From Thiotrichaceae bacterium (GTDB lineage: Bacteria > Pseudomonadota > Gammaproteobacteria > SZUA-140), in the NCBI GenBank assembly GCA_002401765.2, contig NVTY02000019.1:47845-111844 (forward strand): a stretch of DNA of 64,000 bases, given 5' to 3'. The notes beneath the pieces are model-generated. The model was not told where the DNA came from. It made no database searches and saw nothing but the letters and a program-made list of their open reading frames with translations. Both the position numbers and the translations under genes were made by a program. Of the stretch, positions 1 through 10,219 are shown piece by piece. Within the stretch, counting starts at the first letter, position 1, and every line of letters begins with the position of its first letter.

Positions 1-1
1 T

Positions 2-271
2 GCTTCGGTTACGCTGCTTCGGCGATTGTTTCAAGGTGAAAAGATCTGGGAGGCGCACAAGAGTCATTTCTATCAGCGGCTTGTTCTGGTTGGCTGGGGG
101 CATAAAAAAACAGTATTGTGTGCTTATGTGCTGATGGTGGTGTGCAGTGCGACTGCATGGTTTGCAATGCAGGTTGATGTTACTTTTCAGTGGATGATCA
201 TCATGGCTTGGCTTGTGGCATATGTTCTGATGATGATTGGGGTTGTTAAGTTAGCGCGTCAATATGCATAA
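2..271 (+). CDS. C-terminal fragment of a family-4 glycosyltransferase (WbpL/WecA-like undecaprenyl-phosphate sugar-phosphate transferase). The 5' end lies outside the window.
   Basis: The frame is open from the window edge. The tail is hydrophobic and has a HKSHFYQR-type motif seen in WbpL/WecA enzymes. It sits directly upstream of a WbpM/CapD-type dehydratase. Confidence 0.5.
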   Translation, partial: ASVTLLRRLFQGEKIWEAHKSHFYQRLVLVGWGHKKTVLCAYVLMVVCSATAWFAMQVDVTFQWMIIMAWLVAYVLMMIGVVKLARQYA

Positions 272-282
272 AACTATTTTGA

Positions 283-2187
283 GTGGTTTTTGATATGCGG
301 AAAAAAATAAAATTGAAGCTTCAAAGTCGGCGTTTGGCTGTGATTTGTCACGATCTCCTCATGGTTGTGGCTGCCTGGGGCTTGGCATTTTTTACCCGCT
401 ATAACTTTTCTTTACCCGATAGTGCCTGGGCGATGGTCTGGCAGACGCTTGTGGTGGTAACAATCGCTCAGGCTATCGTCTTTTGGGTTACTGGCTTGTA
501 TAAAGGCCTGTGGCGCTTCGCGAGTCTTCCAGATATGTGGAATATCAGTCGAGCTGCCATTATAGGTGTTTTAGCAATATCCCTATGTCTTTTTCTGTTT
601 AATCGTATGGAAGGCATTCCTAGAACAATATTGTTATTTTACCCCGTTTTCCTTGTTTTTCTGCTGGGTGTGCCGCGGATTGCATATCGCATGTGGAAAG
701 AGCATGGGTTTAATTTAAAAAATGCGGCTGGGCGAAAACATGTATTAATTGTCGGCGCAGGCCGTTCCGGTGAAATGTTGGTTAGAGACCTGTTGCGCGA
801 AAGAGAATATCTGGTTGTTGGTTTTCTGGATGATAATCATCGCTTGAAGGGCGCTAAGGTTAGGGGGATACCTGTTTTAGGCTCGATTCACGATATTCCC
901 GATGTCGTAGATGTTTATCAGGTTAATATCATCATGATAGCGATTCCTTCGGCGAGTAGTAAACAGATGCGTCGGATTGTAGAACAATGTGAGCAGACTG
1001 AAGTACCGTTCAGAACGCTACCCGGCATGCAGGATTTAGTCTCTGGTCAGTCAACGTTAAATGAACTGCGCGAAGTGGCGATTGATGATCTTCTAGGAAG
1101 AGACCCTGTTCAACTTGATTGGGCGGGGATCAATCAGGGGATTTCAGGTAAAACGATTTTAATTAGTGGTGGCGGTGGTTCTATTGGTTCTGAGCTCTGC
1201 CGACAGATCGCTAAGCTTGGCCCTGCTAAATTAATCCTGTTTGAGAAGTCAGAATTTAATCTTTATAGCATTGGTTGTGAGCTTAAAAATGACTATCCTA
1301 ATCTCATTTTCCATTCGGTGTTGGGGGATGTGTGTGATGCCGCCTCGGTAGCTCATGTGTTAAAAAGCCATGCGCCTGAAATTATTTTTCATGCGGCGGC
1401 TTATAAGCATGTACCGATGCTCGAGTATCAGGTGCGTGAGGCGGTTAGAAATAATGTGCTTGGAACGCGTTTGATGGCTCAGACAGCCGCAAAATTTGCT
1501 TGTGAGACGTTTGTGATGATTTCAACTGACAAGGCTGTGAACCCTGCGAATGTGATGGGGGCGAGTAAACGCGCTTCTGAGATATTTTGCCAGGCGCTAA
1601 ACTCGCGTGTTGATACGCATTATATTACCGTACGCTTTGGTAATGTGCTCGGTTCTGCGGGTAGTGTAGTGCCGTTATTTAAAGAGCAAATTGCCCGTGG
1701 TGGCCCTGTTACCGTAACGCACCCTGATATTACCCGGTTTTTTATGACGATCCCTGAGGCAAGCCAGCTTATCCTGCAGGCTGCATGTATGGGGAAGGGC
1801 GGAGAGATATTTGTACTGGATATGGGAGAGCCGCTTAAGATTAGCTACCTGGCTGAGCAGATGATTCGCCTGTCGGGAAAAATACCGGGTGATGATATTG
1901 AGATTAAATATACGGGGCTGCGACCTGGTGAAAAGCTTTTCGAAGAGCTTTTTTATCAGCAGGAAGATTTGTTAAAGACGGGTCATAAAAAGATTTTACT
2001 GGCGCGATCAACTCAGTCTGAGTGGGATGAGATAGAGAGTAATATGGCAATATTACAAAAGGCGAGTGATGATTTTGATGAAGGCCTGATACAAGAGACT
2101 CTACATCAACTGGTTCCCGAGTTGAGTGAGCAACAGGCGATCTCGTTGTCGAATGATAGTAACGTGGTTGAATTTAACCGCGCTTGA
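283..2187 (+). CDS. Membrane-anchored polysaccharide biosynthesis protein, CapD/WbpM/PglF-type nucleotide-sugar 4,6-dehydratase
   Basis: 634 aa. N-terminal TM segments, two Rossmann glycine motifs (VGAGRSG and SGGGGSIGSE), and a YKHVP catalytic-region motif typical of the family. The start could be GTG 283 or ATG 295. Confidence 0.85.
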   Translation: MVFDMRKKIKLKLQSRRLAVICHDLLMVVAAWGLAFFTRYNFSLPDSAWAMVWQTLVVVTIAQAIVFWVTGLYKGLWRFASLPDMWNISRAAIIGVLAISLCLFLFNRMEGIPRTILLFYPVFLVFLLGVPRIAYRMWKEHGFNLKNAAGRKHVLIVGAGRSGEMLVRDLLREREYLVVGFLDDNHRLKGAKVRGIPVLGSIHDIPDVVDVYQVNIIMIAIPSASSKQMRRIVEQCEQTEVPFRTLPGMQDLVSGQSTLNELREVAIDDLLGRDPVQLDWAGINQGISGKTILISGGGGSIGSELCRQIAKLGPAKLILFEKSEFNLYSIGCELKNDYPNLIFHSVLGDVCDAASVAHVLKSHAPEIIFHAAAYKHVPMLEYQVREAVRNNVLGTRLMAQTAAKFACETFVMISTDKAVNPANVMGASKRASEIFCQALNSRVDTHYITVRFGNVLGSAGSVVPLFKEQIARGGPVTVTHPDITRFFMTIPEASQLILQAACMGKGGEIFVLDMGEPLKISYLAEQMIRLSGKIPGDDIEIKYTGLRPGEKLFEELFYQQEDLLKTGHKKILLARSTQSEWDEIESNMAILQKASDDFDEGLIQETLHQLVPELSEQQAISLSNDSNVVEFNRA

Positions 2188-2233
2188 CTATGTCGCATTT
2201 CATGAATGAATTGTTCTTGCTTTGGGGCTAAGC

Positions 2234-3139
2234 ATGTCATATCCCACCATTGAAGATTTTATCGGCAACACCCCGCTGGTGAGATTACAGCGTCTGCCGG
2301 GTGATTCTAATAACGTTATTTTGGCTAAGCTGGAAGGTAATAACCCTGCTGGCTCGGTGAAAGATCGTCCGGCGCTGAGCATGATTCAACATGCAGAAGA
2401 ACGTGGCCAAATTAAACCGGGTGATACGCTAATCGAGCCGACCAGTGGCAATACCGGCATTGCACTGGCGATGGCATCGGCGATCAAGGGTTATCGTCTC
2501 ATCCTGATTATGCCGGAGCACATGAGTGTTGAGCGTCGCGCGAGTATGGCGGCCTATGGTGCTGAGATTGTGTTGACACCGAAAGAAGGCAGTATGGAAG
2601 CGGCGATTGACCGTGCGCGTGAGATGGTGGCGAATGGCGAGGGGGTGATGCTGGATCAGTTTTCGAATCAGGATAACCCCAACGCGCATTACAATGGCAC
2701 TGGCCCTGAGATCTGGCGTGACACTGATGGCAAGATCACGCATTTTGTGAGTTCGATGGGCACTACCGGTACCATTATGGGGACTTCGCGTTTCCTGAAA
2801 GAACAGAATCCCGATATTCAGATCATCGGTGTGCAGCCGATGGATGGCGCGCAGATCCCGGGCATTCGTCGCTGGCCAAAAGCGTATCTGCCGAAAATAT
2901 ATGATGAGCAGCGGGTAGACCGTATCATCGATGTGAGTCAGGAGGCAGCGGAAGAGACCACCCGTGAGCTCGCTCGACGTGAAGGCATCTTTGCTGGGAT
3001 CTCATCTGGCGGTGCAATCAGTGCTGCACTTCAACTTTCACAGGAAGTGACGGATGCGGTGATTGTGGTTATTATTTGTGACCGCGGGGACCGTTATCTT
3101 TCGACCCCCGTTTTTGCAATTCCGGAACTTTCAGTTTAA
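2234..3139 (+). CDS. cysM: Cysteine synthase B (O-acetylserine sulfhydrylase B)
   Basis: Near-colinear with E. coli CysM: IGNTPLVRLQR, KLEGNNPAGSVKDR (PLP lysine), TSGNTGIALA, SSMGTTGT, ICDRGDRYLST. ATG at 2234 (MSYPT) is preferred over the alternative start at 2222. Confidence 0.9.
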   Translation: MSYPTIEDFIGNTPLVRLQRLPGDSNNVILAKLEGNNPAGSVKDRPALSMIQHAEERGQIKPGDTLIEPTSGNTGIALAMASAIKGYRLILIMPEHMSVERRASMAAYGAEIVLTPKEGSMEAAIDRAREMVANGEGVMLDQFSNQDNPNAHYNGTGPEIWRDTDGKITHFVSSMGTTGTIMGTSRFLKEQNPDIQIIGVQPMDGAQIPGIRRWPKAYLPKIYDEQRVDRIIDVSQEAAEETTRELARREGIFAGISSGGAISAALQLSQEVTDAVIVVIICDRGDRYLSTPVFAIPELSV

Positions 3140-3153
3140 ATAATAGGCTTAAG

Positions 3154-4545
3154 ATGGCACGTAAACATAAGCGATTGCGTAGGCGCTCGTCAAATAACAG
3201 TGGTCGAGTAGACCTGAAACAGAGTGCCTATGCGGCGGTTGAGTCGCTGAGTCATGATTCACGTGGTGTTGCGCATATCAATGGCAAGGCGGTCTTTATT
3301 GATGGCGCACTGCCGGGTGAAGAGGTGCTGTTCTCTTATCTGAAACGCAAGGGTAGCTTTGATGAAGGTGGCGTCGCGCATGTGATCAAGGCGGCCCCTG
3401 AACGTGTCAAACCCGGCTGTGCTCACTTTGGTGTGTGCGGTGGTTGCAGTCTGCAACATATGGCGGCAGAGACGCAGATCAATGCCAAACAGCAGGTGTT
3501 GCTTGATAACCTCAAACATATCGGCAGTGTTGAGGCGGAGGCCTTACTACCGCCGATGACGGGGCCGCTGTGGGGTTACCGGCGTAAGGCGCGTCTCGGT
3601 GTTAAATATGTGATCAAAAAAGAGAAGGTGCTGGTTGGCTTTCGTGAAAAACACAGCGCATTTTTGGCCGATATCGAAGGCTGCGATGTATTGCACCCAT
3701 CGGTAGGTAAACAACTGAATGCGCTGAAAACGCTCGTTGGTGAACTGTCTATCTACATGAGAATTCCGCAGATTGAAATTGCCGTCGGTGATGATGGTAC
3801 TGCGATGATCTTCCGCCACCTTGAACCCTTTATCGAGAGTGATATCGACAAACTCCGCGCCTTTGCAGAGCAGCACAGCGTCTTACTGTATCTGCAGTCT
3901 AAAGGGCCAGATACGGTGCATCTATTGTGGCCAGAGCAGGCTAAAGAGAGCGCTAAATATGCGCTCTGTTATCGCCTGCCCCAGTATGATCTCGAATACC
4001 GCTTTGGACCGACGAACTTTGTACAGGTCAATGCTGAGATCAATAGTAAGATGATTGATAAAGTGATTGAGCTGCTTGATCTACAGCCCGAAGATCGTGT
4101 GATGGATCTCTTTTGTGGGCTGGGAAATTTCACCTTGCCGATGGCGCGTCGTGTTGCATCAATCGTCGGCATTGAGGGCGATGATGCGCTGGTTGAACTG
4201 GCAAAGTATAATGCCAAACACAATGGCATTGAGAACGCTGAGTTTTACAAGGCCGATCTAAGCAAACCAGAACTGTTACCGCAGGCCGGTTTTGTACTGG
4301 ATGGGCAGCGTTTTGATAAAGTACTGTTGGATCCCGCACGCGCCGGGGCGCTTGAGATGATGGCACCACTGGCGAAGATGGCGCCGAGGCTGATCGCTTA
4401 TGTATCTTGTAACCCAGCGACATTGGCGCGAGATGCGGATGAACTGGTAAATAAACATGGCTACCGTATGACAAAAGTGGGGGTGATGGATATGTTTCCG
4501 CACACCTCGCATGTTGAGGCGATGGCGCTGTTTGAACGAGGGTGA
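3154..4545 (+). CDS. rlmD: 23S rRNA (uracil1939-C5)-methyltransferase RlmD (RumA)
   Basis: N-terminal TRAM-like region, a 4Fe-4S cysteine cluster (C..CGGC..C), the SAM motif DLFCGLGNF, and C-terminal YVSCNPATLARD. Confidence 0.85.
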   Translation: MARKHKRLRRRSSNNSGRVDLKQSAYAAVESLSHDSRGVAHINGKAVFIDGALPGEEVLFSYLKRKGSFDEGGVAHVIKAAPERVKPGCAHFGVCGGCSLQHMAAETQINAKQQVLLDNLKHIGSVEAEALLPPMTGPLWGYRRKARLGVKYVIKKEKVLVGFREKHSAFLADIEGCDVLHPSVGKQLNALKTLVGELSIYMRIPQIEIAVGDDGTAMIFRHLEPFIESDIDKLRAFAEQHSVLLYLQSKGPDTVHLLWPEQAKESAKYALCYRLPQYDLEYRFGPTNFVQVNAEINSKMIDKVIELLDLQPEDRVMDLFCGLGNFTLPMARRVASIVGIEGDDALVELAKYNAKHNGIENAEFYKADLSKPELLPQAGFVLDGQRFDKVLLDPARAGALEMMAPLAKMAPRLIAYVSCNPATLARDADELVNKHGYRMTKVGVMDMFPHTSHVEAMALFERG

Positions 4546-4690
4546 TTGATGTTTATCCATAAAATAATCTCGCTAAGACACTGGGCACGCAAAGTTTTAA
4601 CTAATGACTTTTGTGTCATATCATTATCTTTTCTTGGCGCACTTTGCATCTTGGCGAGAAAAACACCGATGTTTAATCAGTAATACGAGT

Positions 4691-5164
4691 ATGGCTAAAG
4701 AGATCGAACGAAAATTCCTACTGCTCAATGAAGATTGGCGTAATGAGGTAGATGCTTCTTGTCACTACGCGCAGGGTTATCTCTCGAGTTCAGATAAAGT
4801 CTCTATTCGAATCCGTACCTCTGGTGAAAAGGCCTACCTCAATTTTAAGAGTGCTACGTTGGGGATTACGCGCACCGAGTATGAATACGAAGTACCGCTT
4901 GTGGATGCCGACGATATGCTGGCCAACTTTTGCAATGGCCCGCTGATTGAGAAGGTGCGCTACTTTGTGAAGCGCGGCGATCACACCTGGGAGATCGATG
5001 TCTTTGAGGGTGATAACGCGGGTCTGGTGGTGGCAGAGATAGAGCTACAGGCGGAAGATGAGGCCTTTGAGCGACCTGCTTGGATAGGTGCCGAAGTATC
5101 GGATGATGCGCGTTATTATAACGTCTGTCTGGTAACGCATCCATATTGCGAGTGGACTGACTAG
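4691..5164 (+). CDS. CYTH-domain protein (CyaB/ThTPase-like triphosphate tunnel metalloenzyme)
   Basis: Begins MAKEIERKFLL, which includes the diagnostic ExExK motif. About 157 aa, typical for CYTH. ATG at 4691 was chosen over the longer ORF that starts at 4604. Confidence 0.75.
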   Translation: MAKEIERKFLLLNEDWRNEVDASCHYAQGYLSSSDKVSIRIRTSGEKAYLNFKSATLGITRTEYEYEVPLVDADDMLANFCNGPLIEKVRYFVKRGDHTWEIDVFEGDNAGLVVAEIELQAEDEAFERPAWIGAEVSDDARYYNVCLVTHPYCEWTD

Positions 5165-5229
5165 CTAGTATTCCATAAATATCAATAATATTTCTCTCGC
5201 CAAGATGCAGAGAGCGCCAAGAAAAGATA

Positions 5230-6759
5230 ATGATATTACATAAAAATAATCAATTAAAACTTTGCGTACCCTGTCCCTTGGCGAGAATGCTATTATTGCT
5301 ACCGTTGTTTTTATTAATGGCCTCTTGTGCCGTACCGGACAACGGTGCGCTGCGTTTTGGTCTGTCGAAGATGCCGGTAACACTTGACCCTCGTTTTTCC
5401 ACCGATGCGACTTCATCCCGCATTAATAGGCTTCTATATCAGCGTTTGGTTGATTTTGATGCCGCTTCGATGCCTGCGCCATCACTGGCGACCTGGCAAA
5501 AACTGACGCCGCTGCATTACCGTTTCACGCTAGATTCAGGACGCGCCTTGTTTAGCACTGGTGAGCGCCTCACCAGTGAAGACGTGAAGGCAACCTATGC
5601 CTTTATCCTCGATGCCGACAATGCATCACCACACCGCCTCACCCTCGCACGCTCGATTGAGCGTATTGAAACCCGAGGGGATGATGTGATCGATTTCATT
5701 CTTAAAGAAGCAGACCTACTCTTTCCGGGGCGGCTGGGCATCGGCATTCTGCCCAAGACGCTGATTGAATCCCAACATCCCTTTAACCGTTCCCCACTGG
5801 GTAGTGGGGCGTATCAATTAGTCGCCTGGCCGGATGATACCCAGCTACGCCTAAAGCGCCGTAGTGATGATTTGCTGCTGGAGTTTATTGAGGTGACCGA
5901 TCCCAATGTGCGCGTATTGAAGTTGATGCGCGGTGAAATCGATATGATGCAGAATGACCTACCACCTGAGCTCATCCGTTATCTATCGAATGAGCCGGGT
6001 ATTATGATTAGTCACGGCGCGGGTGCTAACTTCGCCTACCTCGGTTTTAATATGGAAGATGAATTCACGGGTGTGTTGCAGGTTCGCGAAGCGATTTCGC
6101 TGGCGCTGGATCGTGATTCGATTATTCAATATGTGCTGGGGAATTCGGCACGCCCTGCCAACGCACTGCTACCGCCTGATCACTGGGCAGGTGTACCTGC
6201 ATTGCATCAAATTGCCTATGACCCTGCGGCGGCAAAGGCATTGATGAGTAAACTGGGTTATAGCGTTGAGAAGCCACTACATCTCACCTATAAAACTTCT
6301 AGTGATCCTTTTCGCCTGCGCCTTGCCACGGTGATTCAGCAACAGCTTGCTGAGGTCGGTATTAAAGTCGAGCTGAAGAGTTATGACTGGGGGACGTTCT
6401 ATGGCGATATCAAAGCGGGGCGCTTTCAGATGTATAGCCTGATGTGGGTGGGAATCAAACTGCCGGATATCTTTCGTTACGTCTTTCATAGCACAGCAGT
6501 GCCGCCAGAAGGGGCGAATCGAGGGCGTTTTATTGATGCTGAAACAGATCGTCTGATTGAGACCGCCGAGGCTGCCAATACCATTGAGAAGCAGGCGGTA
6601 CTTTACCAGCAGCTGCAACACCATCTGTTACAGCAGTTGCCATTTGTACCGTTGTGGTATGAAGATCATGTTTTTATCGCACGTGATCATGTGGCGGGGT
6701 ATACCATTGCGCGGGATGGGAATTATGATGGATTATTGGATGTGCAACGTAATGACTAA
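5230..6759 (+). CDS. ABC transporter substrate-binding protein, family 5 (peptide/nickel, Opp/Dpp/MppA-like), probable lipoprotein
   Basis: 509 aa. Signal peptide with an LLMASC lipobox-like site, SBP_bac_5-type length and composition, and two Dpp-type permeases downstream. Confidence 0.8.
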   Translation: MILHKNNQLKLCVPCPLARMLLLLPLFLLMASCAVPDNGALRFGLSKMPVTLDPRFSTDATSSRINRLLYQRLVDFDAASMPAPSLATWQKLTPLHYRFTLDSGRALFSTGERLTSEDVKATYAFILDADNASPHRLTLARSIERIETRGDDVIDFILKEADLLFPGRLGIGILPKTLIESQHPFNRSPLGSGAYQLVAWPDDTQLRLKRRSDDLLLEFIEVTDPNVRVLKLMRGEIDMMQNDLPPELIRYLSNEPGIMISHGAGANFAYLGFNMEDEFTGVLQVREAISLALDRDSIIQYVLGNSARPANALLPPDHWAGVPALHQIAYDPAAAKALMSKLGYSVEKPLHLTYKTSSDPFRLRLATVIQQQLAEVGIKVELKSYDWGTFYGDIKAGRFQMYSLMWVGIKLPDIFRYVFHSTAVPPEGANRGRFIDAETDRLIETAEAANTIEKQAVLYQQLQHHLLQQLPFVPLWYEDHVFIARDHVAGYTIARDGNYDGLLDVQRND

Positions 6760-6779
6760 GTTGTTTATAGGGGGGCGTT

Positions 6780-7259
6780 ATGCCTAAAATCATCATCGAT
6801 ATCCCAACGCAACGACTGCGCCTGATTGAAGGTGATAAAACGGTAATAGACGTTGCAATTTCAAGCGCCAAAAATGGAGCGGGTGAAACGATGGGCAGTG
6901 AATGCACCCCGCGTGGCAGTCATATCATCCGGGCGAAGATTGGTGCGGGTCATCCATTAAACGCTGTTTTTATAGGACGACGTCCAACAGGCGAGGTTTA
7001 TTCGCCAGCACTTGATGCTGCGCAGCCAGGGCGCGATTGGGTATTGAGCCGAATTCTATGGCTGAGTGGTACGGAGGTTGGGGGAAACCGTTTAGGCAAT
7101 GTGGATTCCATGCGTCGTTACATCTACATCCATGGAACCCCTGATCGCGAACCGATGGGAAAGCCCATGTCACACGGCTGTGTCCGTATGCGCAATGATG
7201 AACTAATCGAACTATTTGATCGTGTCGAAGCGGGTACGCATGTACAGATCAATGGATAA
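6780..7259 (+). CDS. L,D-transpeptidase (YkuD-fold) domain protein
   Basis: Catalytic motif IHGTPDREPMGKPMSHGCVRMRN (His ... S-H-G-C-V-R-M). No obvious signal peptide on the 159 aa product. Confidence 0.8.
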   Translation: MPKIIIDIPTQRLRLIEGDKTVIDVAISSAKNGAGETMGSECTPRGSHIIRAKIGAGHPLNAVFIGRRPTGEVYSPALDAAQPGRDWVLSRILWLSGTEVGGNRLGNVDSMRRYIYIHGTPDREPMGKPMSHGCVRMRNDELIELFDRVEAGTHVQING

Positions 7260-7265
7260 CATTCG

Positions 7266-8195
7266 ATGCTAAGTTTCATCATCTCCCGCCTATTAAGCGC
7301 AGTGTTTGTCATCTTCGGTGTCTCGTGCCTGGTCTTCTTTCTGATTCACCTGGTACCCGGTGATCCAGTTGAGGTGATGCTAGGTGAGTCGAGCCAGCCG
7401 GCGGACCGTGAGGCATTACGAGCGGCGCTGGGGCTTGACCAACCGATACTGGTGCAGTTGGTGAACTACTTTAATGGGCTGCTGCACTTCGACCTGGGTG
7501 AGTCGTTGCATTCCAAGCGGCCGATTGTGGATATGTTGATGGAGCGTATTCCGGCTACTGCAACATTGGCGGCGGCGGGATTGGTGGTTGCGGTGGTGAT
7601 CGCTTTCCCACTGGGCATCATGGCAGCGATGAAAAAAGATACTGCGTGGGATAGCGGCGCGATGTTCTTTTCCCTGTTTGGTATCTCGATCCCTAACTTC
7701 TGGATGGGGCCACTGCTGATTCTATTCTTCTCACTCTGGCTAGGCTGGTTACCGGTCAGTGGACAGTCGGGCATCGCTTCACTGGTATTGCCTGCGTTAA
7801 CATTAGGCACTGCATTGGCGGCGATCCTTGCACGTATGATTCGTGCGACGTTATTGGAAGTGATGGGAGAAGACTATATCCGCACCGCACGTGCCAAAGG
7901 GCTTTCGGAGCGCGCCATCATTATGAATCATGGCCTGAAAAATGCGATGCTGCCGGTGATTACACTGCTGGGCCTGCAGCTTGGAGCGTTGCTTGGTGGC
8001 GCGATGATTACTGAAATCGTCTTTTCATGGCCCGGCATTGGCCAGCTAACGATTGATGCAATCAACCGCCGAGACTACCCAGTGGTACAGGCATGCATTT
8101 TATTGATTAGCCTCACTTACGTGGTGGTCAACACGCTGACCGACCTGGTCTATGCCTGGATGGACCCACGCATTCGACTGGGGAATGCCCAATGA
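7266..8195 (+). CDS. ABC transporter permease (DppB/OppB-like)
   Basis: 309 aa. Starts MLSFIISRLL as DppB/OppB do. Multiple TM segments and the EAA-type loop IRTARAKGLSER. Confidence 0.85.
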   Translation: MLSFIISRLLSAVFVIFGVSCLVFFLIHLVPGDPVEVMLGESSQPADREALRAALGLDQPILVQLVNYFNGLLHFDLGESLHSKRPIVDMLMERIPATATLAAAGLVVAVVIAFPLGIMAAMKKDTAWDSGAMFFSLFGISIPNFWMGPLLILFFSLWLGWLPVSGQSGIASLVLPALTLGTALAAILARMIRATLLEVMGEDYIRTARAKGLSERAIIMNHGLKNAMLPVITLLGLQLGALLGGAMITEIVFSWPGIGQLTIDAINRRDYPVVQACILLISLTYVVVNTLTDLVYAWMDPRIRLGNAQ

Positions 8196-8995
8196 TGCGC
8201 CTCTGGTTTCCTGCTGCCATCTTTGTTTTATGGTTTGTGCTCGCGCTCTTCGGACCGCTGTTTTCACTATCGCCAGACCATATTGAACTCAGTCGAATCC
8301 TGCTGCCGCCCGATGCCAATGAGTGGTTTGGTTATGATGATCTTGGTCGCTCACTGTGGGATCGGCTGATTGTCGGCGCGCAGACATCCTTCATTGTATC
8401 GATGGCAGTGGTCGCTATCTCAATATTGATCGGTGTCACGATTGGCTCATTCAGCGCCTTTGTTGGCGGCTGGTTTGACCACTTGATCGTACGGATCATC
8501 GATATCTTTCTTGCCTTTCCCGGTATTCTGCTGGCGATTGCGTTGGCGGGGTTGATGGGGCCGGGGATTGATAATGTGGTGATTGCGCTTTGCGTTGTCG
8601 GCTGGGTTGGCTTTGCGCGACTCTCGCGTGCACAGGTGATGACGCTAAAAAACCGCGACCATGTACAAGCGGCGATTGCGCTTGGTGCTAGCCGGTCCCG
8701 TATTATTTTTAAACACCTGGTGCCATTGATTGCTGCACCATTGATTGTTGAGGCGACTTTTGCGATCGCCAGTGTTGTGATCGCTGAGGCGGGGCTCTCT
8801 TTTCTTGGCCTCGGTATTCAACCACCGACGCCATCCTGGGGCAGCATGATTCGTGACGGCACACGTTATATGCTGGTCGCACCACACATGGTGCTGGTGC
8901 CGGGCATTGCATTGATGCTGGTGGTGCTGTCGGTTAACCTGCTGGGTGACCGGCTACGTGATTGGCTGGATGTGCGATCACGTGATCGTAAATAA
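8192..8995 (+). CDS. ABC transporter permease (DppC/OppC-like)
   Basis: 267 aa. Overlaps the upstream permease by 4 nt. Carries a binding-protein-dependent transport signature region (AAIALGASRSRIIFKHLVP). Confidence 0.85.
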   Translation: MMRLWFPAAIFVLWFVLALFGPLFSLSPDHIELSRILLPPDANEWFGYDDLGRSLWDRLIVGAQTSFIVSMAVVAISILIGVTIGSFSAFVGGWFDHLIVRIIDIFLAFPGILLAIALAGLMGPGIDNVVIALCVVGWVGFARLSRAQVMTLKNRDHVQAAIALGASRSRIIFKHLVPLIAAPLIVEATFAIASVVIAEAGLSFLGLGIQPPTPSWGSMIRDGTRYMLVAPHMVLVPGIALMLVVLSVNLLGDRLRDWLDVRSRDRK

Positions 8996-9150
8996 ATTAC
9001 ATCCTGTCATCCCGGTAGGCCCTTGGTCGAACTCTATAAGTTGGCGTGGTAGCCTGGGTTGATATCTCTATTTGAGATGGATATAGGCCGTTACTCCAGG
9101 ACACTTCCTTTGGGTGTCGGGTAGGCGGCAGGAATATTGAGGAGTAACGA

Positions 9151-10194
9151 ATGGCGCTAGGACCAGTAATGATGGGGATTGCAACGCTACAGCTGAAGGC
9201 TGAAGAACGCGAGCTGATGACGCATCCATTGATCGGCGGGGTGATTCTTTTTAGCCGTAACTATGAATCACCCACACAGGTGATGGCGTTGGTGGCTGAA
9301 ATTCATGCGCTGCGCACGCCGAAATTGCTGGTAACCGTTGATCACGAAGGTGGTCGAGTGCAGCGTTTTCGTGCTGGTTTTACAGCGCTGCCTGCGGTCA
9401 CGCATCTTGGCAAGCTATTTGATAAAGAGCCGAAAGCGGCACGTGAACTAGCAGAGCTGAGCGGTTGGCTGATGGCGATTGAGATGCGTGCCATCGGCAT
9501 CGATTTTAGCTTTGCACCGGTGCTTGATCTGGGGCGTGGCATTTGCAAAGTGATTGGCGATCGTGCCTTTCATAAAGACCCAGAAGTGGTGGCTGATCTG
9601 GCGCACCAATATATGATCGGCATGCACCGTGCGGGGATGCCCGCAACGGGTAAACATTTTCCCGGTCATGGTGGCGTGGTGGAAGATTCTCACCTCGCGG
9701 TGCCGGTTGATAAACGTCGTTACGAAGACCTGCAGATGGAAGACCTGATGCCGTTTGATCGCATGGCGCACTTTGGCATGGAGGCGGTGATGGTGGCGCA
9801 TGTGCTTTATGAGCAGATCGATAGCAATTTAGCCGGTTTTTCACCATTCTGGTTGCAGGAGGTGCTGCGTAATCGCCTCAAATTTCAGGGGGTGATCTTT
9901 AGCGACGACCTTGAAATGGAAGGGGCGAGTGTGGCCGGTGATGTGGCCGACCGTGCTGAGGCGGCGATCAATGCTGGTTGTGACATGGTGCTGGTCTGTA
10001 AAGAGTTCGATGCGGTAGTGAGCGTGTTAGAAAGGCTTAAAAACTGGCATAATCCCACCTCCCAACTGCGCCTCTCCCGTTTGCATGGTAAGGGGCACGT
10101 GACTTATGAGTCGCTCAGTTCTGACCCCGAATGGAAACGGGCAGTGAAAAAGGTGATTGCCTATGATGAGCCGCATACGCTGGGTCTACTGTAA
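9151..10194 (+). CDS. nagZ: Beta-N-acetylhexosaminidase NagZ (peptidoglycan recycling)
   Basis: GH3 motifs: VDHEGGRVQRF, KHFPGHG, and a D-H catalytic region. About 347 aa. A GAGGAG Shine-Dalgarno (SD) sequence lies upstream of the ATG. Confidence 0.9.
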   Translation: MALGPVMMGIATLQLKAEERELMTHPLIGGVILFSRNYESPTQVMALVAEIHALRTPKLLVTVDHEGGRVQRFRAGFTALPAVTHLGKLFDKEPKAARELAELSGWLMAIEMRAIGIDFSFAPVLDLGRGICKVIGDRAFHKDPEVVADLAHQYMIGMHRAGMPATGKHFPGHGGVVEDSHLAVPVDKRRYEDLQMEDLMPFDRMAHFGMEAVMVAHVLYEQIDSNLAGFSPFWLQEVLRNRLKFQGVIFSDDLEMEGASVAGDVADRAEAAINAGCDMVLVCKEFDAVVSVLERLKNWHNPTSQLRLSRLHGKGHVTYESLSSDPEWKRAVKKVIAYDEPHTLGLL

Positions 10195-10219
10195 ATTTAA
10201 TACTATTGAAGAAGGTCGA

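Noticed and set aside
2429-4560. Numerous 60-115 aa minus-strand ORFs inside cysM and rlmD, and similar ORFs inside most other genes
   Set aside because: They are antisense to well supported genes, Arg/His/Pro-rich as expected for reverse-frame translation of GC-balanced coding DNA, and have no start-site context.
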